Below, one piece after another: positions 58,413 to 62,354 of a stretch of 62,354 nt of DNA. The position numbers were made by a program, and so were the translations under genes. The stretch spans positions 1 to 62,354 of the forward strand of contig DKEK01000002.1 of NCBI GenBank assembly GCA_002452155.1, written 5' to 3'. Numbering within the stretch: position 1 is the stretch's first letter; each line of letters starts with the position of its first letter. The notes beneath the pieces were generated by a model. It was not told where the DNA came from, made no database searches, and saw nothing but the letters and a program-made list of their open reading frames with translations. The DNA is from Candidatus Saccharibacteria bacterium UBA6824. Its GTDB lineage: Bacteria > Patescibacteriota > Saccharimonadia > Saccharimonadales > UBA10212.

Positions 58413-59290
58413 TGAGAAGTCTGCTGCTCCACGAGATTACCCGCCTGCAAGTCGAAGCTTTCGTCAACATGCCGTCGCATGGCCTTTTGATAACCGGCGA
58501 CGTCGGCACCGGGAAAGCCCACTTAGCAAAGACTCTGGCTGCTGTGCTGCTGGGCCTACAAAAAGACCAGCGGTTGCAAAATTACCCATACTTCACCCAC
58601 TTAAAGCGGCCCGAAGGGAAGCAGGATATTCCAATAGATTCTGTGCGCCAACTGAATAAGCTGCTGAAGCTTAAGACTCCCGGCACCCAAGTTGTCAGAC
58701 GGGTCATTCTTATAGAAAACGCCCAGGATCTAAACGAAGAATCTAGCAGCGCCCTGCTAAAAATGCTGGAAGAGCCGGCGACTGACTGTGTTTTTATACT
58801 CACCGCCACTTCGGCGCGCGCCTTACTACCCACAATCAGTTCTAGAACTCAGCAACTGCATATACGCCCAATAAGCCTGCCGCAGTCACTAAAATTTCTG
58901 GAAGGTACTTACGGCCGGCCCGACATTGAAAGTGCATGGCGCTTGAGCCAGGGCGGCGTAGGCCTAATGCTAGCTATCTTACATGATGATAAAAACCACC
59001 CGCTTAAAGCCGCCATTGACCAAGCCAAGGATTATCTGCGCAAGGATAACTACCAACGAGCATTGATGGCCGATTCACTGAGCCGTGACAAAAAGCAGCT
59101 AGGGCTTTTGCTGGAGGCCTTGGTCAAGCTGCTAGGGGCGCTTCAGTATTCCGGGCTCAAGAGCGGGAAGGGATCAAACCAAAAGAAACTGCTCACTAGC
59201 CGCAAGCTAGTTCATAAGCTTCAAAAAGCCCTGGAGGCCAACGCCTCGCCCAAGCTTATAGCGCTGGAACTATCCCTTTACTTGCTATAA
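58412..59290 (+). CDS. holB: DNA polymerase III subunit delta'
   Basis: HGLLITGDVGTGKAHLAKTLAAVLLG, SSSALLKMLEEP and SRTQQLHIRP motifs. GTG start overlapping the previous stop. Confidence 0.85.
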   Translation: MRSLLLHEITRLQVEAFVNMPSHGLLITGDVGTGKAHLAKTLAAVLLGLQKDQRLQNYPYFTHLKRPEGKQDIPIDSVRQLNKLLKLKTPGTQVVRRVILIENAQDLNEESSSALLKMLEEPATDCVFILTATSARALLPTISSRTQQLHIRPISLPQSLKFLEGTYGRPDIESAWRLSQGGVGLMLAILHDDKNHPLKAAIDQAKDYLRKDNYQRALMADSLSRDKKQLGLLLEALVKLLGALQYSGLKSGKGSNQKKLLTSRKLVHKLQKALEANASPKLIALELSLYLL

Positions 59291-59292
59291 TA

Positions 59293-59952
59293 ATGACGAT
59301 GTACGCAATTATATTGCTTCTGGTTTTTGGTTTCCTGGTCTTTAGGCATGGCCATAGGTTGTCCCAGCAAATGTCTATAGCCCCAAGACGCTTGGGTAAC
59401 CGTCTTGCTAAGCTTTGGGAAATTGTCCACCATGACATGCGTGAAAACCGCTTTTTACGAGCCGAGAAAGCGCTGCTCACCATCCTTAAAATCGACGAAA
59501 AGAACGCCGCGGCTTATAACCGGTTGGGGATTTTATACGCCAAACAGCGCGAATACCGCGACGCCATTGACTGTTTTGAGATAGCCAGCAGTATAGAACC
59601 CAGTGCTTCGAGCCTGCACAACCTGGGACTCATCTACTACGAAACAGAGAATTACCAAAAGGCCGCCACAGCTTTTGAACAGGCCCTCAAACAAGAAGAT
59701 AACCTGGCTGCTCGCCATGTTGCCTACGCCAAGGTTTTAGAGAAGCTCGGAAATGACAAGTTGATGCTGCAGCAACTGGAAAAAGCTGCTGAATTAGAAC
59801 CGAACGTTGAAACCTATACTCTACTGGCGAGCTCCTACGAGTCGCGTGGCATGAGCGATGAGGCTACGGCGGTCAGAAAAAAATTGAATAGGCGAAACAT
59901 TACTTCCGGCAAAGCCAAAAAGATCTTGCGCCCCCGTCGGGTTGTTATCTAA
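59293..59952 (+). CDS. Membrane-anchored TPR-repeat protein
   Basis: N-terminal helix MYAIILLLVFGFLVF, then three TPR-like units (AAAYNRLGILYAKQREYRDAIDCFE, LHNLGLIYYETENYQKAATAFEQAL and others). Confidence 0.7.
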   Translation: MTMYAIILLLVFGFLVFRHGHRLSQQMSIAPRRLGNRLAKLWEIVHHDMRENRFLRAEKALLTILKIDEKNAAAYNRLGILYAKQREYRDAIDCFEIASSIEPSASSLHNLGLIYYETENYQKAATAFEQALKQEDNLAARHVAYAKVLEKLGNDKLMLQQLEKAAELEPNVETYTLLASSYESRGMSDEATAVRKKLNRRNITSGKAKKILRPRRVVI

Positions 59953-60105
59953 AAAACCCCAAAGCCGGCTATGGTCGCTAAGTTGTAAATATTGCATCAG
60001 GTATGGTACAATTTGAATAATCGGTCGACACTAGTACGTACGCTATTTTAAAAAGGTGCTACTAAGCTGCCGGACTTTACTCCTAGAGTTTAGAAAGGAC
60101 GCCCC

Positions 60106-60642
60106 ATGAAGCGCAGAATACAACTATTCGCCTCAATTAACGCAGTCGAGGCAGTTAATAGAGCGCTTAGCAAACACACATTTCACTTAAGAAAACCTCG
60201 TCCCCAGGTCTTAGACCACGAGGATACCGATTCCGAAAAACTTATCGATATTACGGCGGGGGCTCACGATATGCTAATTACAGCAACTACAGTTTTTCCG
60301 TTTGTACTTTTTCCAGACACGATTAACATCGATAGACAGAAACTAACAATTATTCATAGATCGTTTTTCCGCGTAGCAGACGTAATAAGTGTCCAGATTG
60401 ATGATATCCAGAATGTAGAGTCAAGTGTCGGTCCATTTTTTGGATCAATTCGATTAACTTCAAGATACTTTATTAACAATTTTCAATCTATTAAATTCTT
60501 ACAAAGAGGTGATGTTGTAAAAATTCAAAGATTACTTCAGGGCTACATGATAGCCCACCATAGAAAGATTGACTGCTCTACTATCGACAAGGCTCAATTA
60601 ATTATTTTATTGAATGATCTTGGCCAAGGATCGTCAAATTAA
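60106..60642 (+). CDS. Hypothetical protein, 178 aa, AT-rich; possible bacterial PH (bPH_2/YdbT-like) fold
   Basis: Open frame with its own upstream TTGTAA-N18-(TGg)TACAAT promoter at 59985-60014. The segment INIDRQKLTIIHRSFFRVADVISVQIDDIQNVESSVGPFFGSIRLTS resembles the bPH_2 pattern. Hand counts of two 60-nt lines give 42% and 30% GC. Confidence 0.5.
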   Translation: MKRRIQLFASINAVEAVNRALSKHTFHLRKPRPQVLDHEDTDSEKLIDITAGAHDMLITATTVFPFVLFPDTINIDRQKLTIIHRSFFRVADVISVQIDDIQNVESSVGPFFGSIRLTSRYFINNFQSIKFLQRGDVVKIQRLLQGYMIAHHRKIDCSTIDKAQLIILLNDLGQGSSN

Positions 60643-60749
60643 CTTCGTATTATTAGAGACTGAGAACAATACGGCTGTGATGCATGGGAAGGCGGGGATC
60701 TTGACGGGTTGTTATCTGACCCCTGTTTTGCTAAACTTTTTAAGGCTAG

Positions 60750-60825
60750 GCCGACGTAGCTCAGTGGCCAGAGCGGCTGTTTTGTAAACAGCGGGTCAGC
60801 GGTTCGACTCCGCTCGTCGGCTCCA
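60750..60825 (+). tRNA. tRNA-Thr (anticodon UGU), CCA encoded
   Basis: Hand fold. Acceptor GCCGACG/CGTCGGC, D-arm GCTC-AGTGGCCA-GAGC, anticodon stem GCTGT/ACAGC, loop TTTGTAA, T-loop TTCGACT. Confidence 0.9.
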
Positions 60826-60826
60826 T

Positions 60827-60912
60827 GCAGGGGTAGTGAAGCGGTCAAACACGGCAGACTGTAAATCTGCTGGCATTCGCCTTCGGGGGTTCGAATCCCT
60901 CCCCCTGCACCA
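60827..60912 (+). tRNA. tRNA-Tyr (anticodon GUA), class II long variable arm, CCA encoded
   Basis: Hand fold. Acceptor GCAGGGG/CCCCTGC, anticodon stem GCAGA/TCTGC, loop CTGTAAA, 14 nt variable arm, T-loop TTCGAAT. Separated from tRNA-Thr by 1 nt. Confidence 0.9.
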
Positions 60913-60916
60913 AAAT

Positions 60917-61960
60917 ATGGAAGATATTGATAAATTTATGCAGCTTGTCGAGAGTTCCCAACGGATCTTGATAACTTCGCATATTTCGCCGGACCCGGAT
61001 GCCATATCATCAGTTCTGCTGCTTGGAACGACACTGGGACAAAATTATCCAAATAAACAGATAGGTATGGCGCTGGAAGAAGAACCACAGGGCTTAGACT
61101 TCTTGAGCGGTTACAAGGATATAAAGTTTGGCCTATTGGCCGAAAAAGTGTCAGGGTTTAAGCCCGATCTTTTTATCATGCTTGACGCCGTTAATTACGA
61201 GCGCTGCAGTCGCACCGGCGGTGAACAGGTTAGGCAATATTTGACGGACAATAAAGTAAAGACTGCCATTATTGACCACCACGAGCCGGCGGGGAAAGAT
61301 GATACCCATGTATACATCCATCAGGGTAGTATCGCCACCGCCCAGGACGTCTACGAGGTACTTTATGACCATTTAGGGCTACAAAAACCAGAGGGGTATG
61401 GCGAGGCTACAATGCTGGGAATTTATTCGGATAGCGGCGGTTTTACCTATGCCAATCCCCGGCACGCGGCAACCTTTAAGATAGTTAACGACCTAATAGA
61501 TCAGGGCGTCAATCTAGAGGCCCTAAAAGTTCGCCTCAATCAATATGATGAGTCGCAGATTAAGGCGCTGGCAGAATTTGCTAAAAACTTTGGTAGCGGC
61601 GGTGACTACTCCTATAGCTATCTATCCGATGAGTTTGTTGGCAAGTGGCAGGCAAGCGGCAACTCAATGGCCAGTTTAAATACAATTGCCGGGCTTTTTG
61701 TAAACGACTTTATCCGTAATATTGGCGATCGCAAATGGGGGTTTTTGGTCTACTTAAACCCGCTGGCAGGGGAGGATATGTACTCCGTATCTTTCCGCTC
61801 GCAGTCTGACATTAAAGACGTTTCGCAAATTGCCAATAAATTAGGGGGTGGCGGACATAAACCAGCGGCCGGTGCCAAAATTCAGGCCAGTAGCATAGAC
61901 GAAGCTATCCAAAAGGTCCAACAGGCTATAAAGAATACTGGCAGGGGTGGAGGGATTTGA
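60917..61960 (+). CDS. nrnA: DHH/DHHA1 phosphoesterase (NrnA-like oligoribonuclease/pAp phosphatase)
   Basis: Start moved to the ATG at 60917 (MEDIDKF...), because the longer track ORF reads through the two tRNA genes. Motifs SHISPDPDAISS, DHH (IIDHHEP) and GGGGH. Confidence 0.85.
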   Translation: MEDIDKFMQLVESSQRILITSHISPDPDAISSVLLLGTTLGQNYPNKQIGMALEEEPQGLDFLSGYKDIKFGLLAEKVSGFKPDLFIMLDAVNYERCSRTGGEQVRQYLTDNKVKTAIIDHHEPAGKDDTHVYIHQGSIATAQDVYEVLYDHLGLQKPEGYGEATMLGIYSDSGGFTYANPRHAATFKIVNDLIDQGVNLEALKVRLNQYDESQIKALAEFAKNFGSGGDYSYSYLSDEFVGKWQASGNSMASLNTIAGLFVNDFIRNIGDRKWGFLVYLNPLAGEDMYSVSFRSQSDIKDVSQIANKLGGGGHKPAAGAKIQASSIDEAIQKVQQAIKNTGRGGGI

Positions 61961-62015
61961 ACCCCCGACTTTCGGTTTTGGAGACCGACGCTCTAGCCAG
62001 CTGAGCTACACCCCT
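61939..62015 (-). tRNA. tRNA-Trp (anticodon CCA), CCA end encoded
   Basis: The reverse complement folds. Acceptor AGGGGTG/CACCCCT, anticodon stem TCGGT/ACCGA, loop CTCCAAA, T-loop TTCAAAT. Its 3' 22 nt overlap the last codons of nrnA on the opposite strand. Confidence 0.9.
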
Positions 62016-62053
62016 TCGTAGAACCATCTAATTATAGCGGAATTTCTTGGGGA

Positions 62054-62257
62054 TTAGCGCCGGACCGGAACTACGTTGCGGCCGAGATTCTTTCTGGTTT
62101 CGACTTGTTTAGCGTTGACCCGTTTGACCGGGCAGTATTTTCTTAGCTCAGCCTTGTCGGGCATACTCATCGTATTTTTGGTTGTGTAATAATGGCGCTG
62201 GCCGCATGCCTCGCAGACTAGACCTATAATTTTTCGCTTATCACCTTTTTTAGCCAT
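62054..62257 (-). CDS. rpmG: 50S ribosomal protein L33 (with a C-terminal extension)
   Basis: MAKKGDKRKIIGLVCEACGQRHYYTTKNTMSMPDKAELRKYCP matches the L33 pattern. The tRNA-Trp/rpmG neighbourhood is typical. Confidence 0.85.
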   Translation of the reverse strand: MAKKGDKRKIIGLVCEACGQRHYYTTKNTMSMPDKAELRKYCPVKRVNAKQVETRKNLGRNVVPVRR

Positions 62258-62300
62258 ATCCGGTCGATTTTAACAGATTACAGATGAGAATTCAATACTT

Positions 62301-62354
62301 TGGAGCCGAGAACGGGATTTGAACCCGTGACCCCCTCCTTACCATGGAGGTGCT
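62301..62354 (-). tRNA. tRNA-Thr (anticodon GGU), 3' portion only; truncated by the window edge
   Basis: The reverse complement gives ...CCTCC-ATGGTAA-GGAGG-GGGTC-ACGGG-TTCAAAT-CCCGT-TCTCGGC-T-CCA. Confidence 0.75.

Noticed and set aside
60836-60916. 5' extension of the nrnA ORF.
   Set aside because: It is a translation through tRNA-Thr and tRNA-Tyr. The conserved DHH protein starts at the ATG at 60917.

Overview
The window reads as a compact, gene-dense bacterial contig. By inference it comes from a small-genome CPR/Patescibacteria-like (possibly Saccharibacteria-like) organism: no rpmD in the spc operon, no adk or map after secY, many 1-4 nt gene overlaps, and every tRNA gene encodes its CCA end.

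About 85% is housekeeping:
- rnhB-yraN, an M29 aminopeptidase, plsC, nusA, clpC, a class A PBP, tyrS, recG, rsmD, hisS, tig, clpP and rpoBC.
- An almost complete str-S10-spc-alpha ribosomal superoperon (rpsL to rpsI).
- trpS, an RluA-family pseudouridine synthase, holB, nrnA and rpmG.
- Six tRNA genes: Leu-UAG, Thr-UGU, Tyr-GUA, Trp-CCA and Thr-GGU (partial at the 3' edge) account for five.

No rRNA, CRISPR array, integrase or transposase was seen.

The non-core content is where the interest lies:
1. A 3.2 kb compositionally mosaic island (7391-10584) between clpC and a conserved membrane HExxH protein. It holds an AT-rich 398-aa ABC-type ATPase with a C-terminal RNKIGH (Rx4H, HEPN-like) module, giving a PrrC-like architecture with no adjacent restriction-modification genes. 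It also holds a DUF4177-like small protein and a strikingly GC-rich, very acidic ORF.
2. Translationally coupled orphan ORFs sit inside the ribosomal superoperon: three between rpsG and fusA, a GDE-like glycosidase plus a GT4 glycosyltransferase between fusA and tuf, one between tuf and rpsJ, and two (one a cupin) between rpsJ and rplC.
3. Two related ~70 nt palindromic elements. One is intergenic after secY. The other is inserted in frame inside the pseudouridine synthase gene, in the manner of Rickettsia palindromic elements.
4. A CIRCE-like palindrome, TTGGCACTC-N9-GAGTGCCA(A), wraps the -35 box of both the clpC and clpP promoters.

All functional calls come from reading motifs in the supplied translations and the DNA. 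No database search was run.
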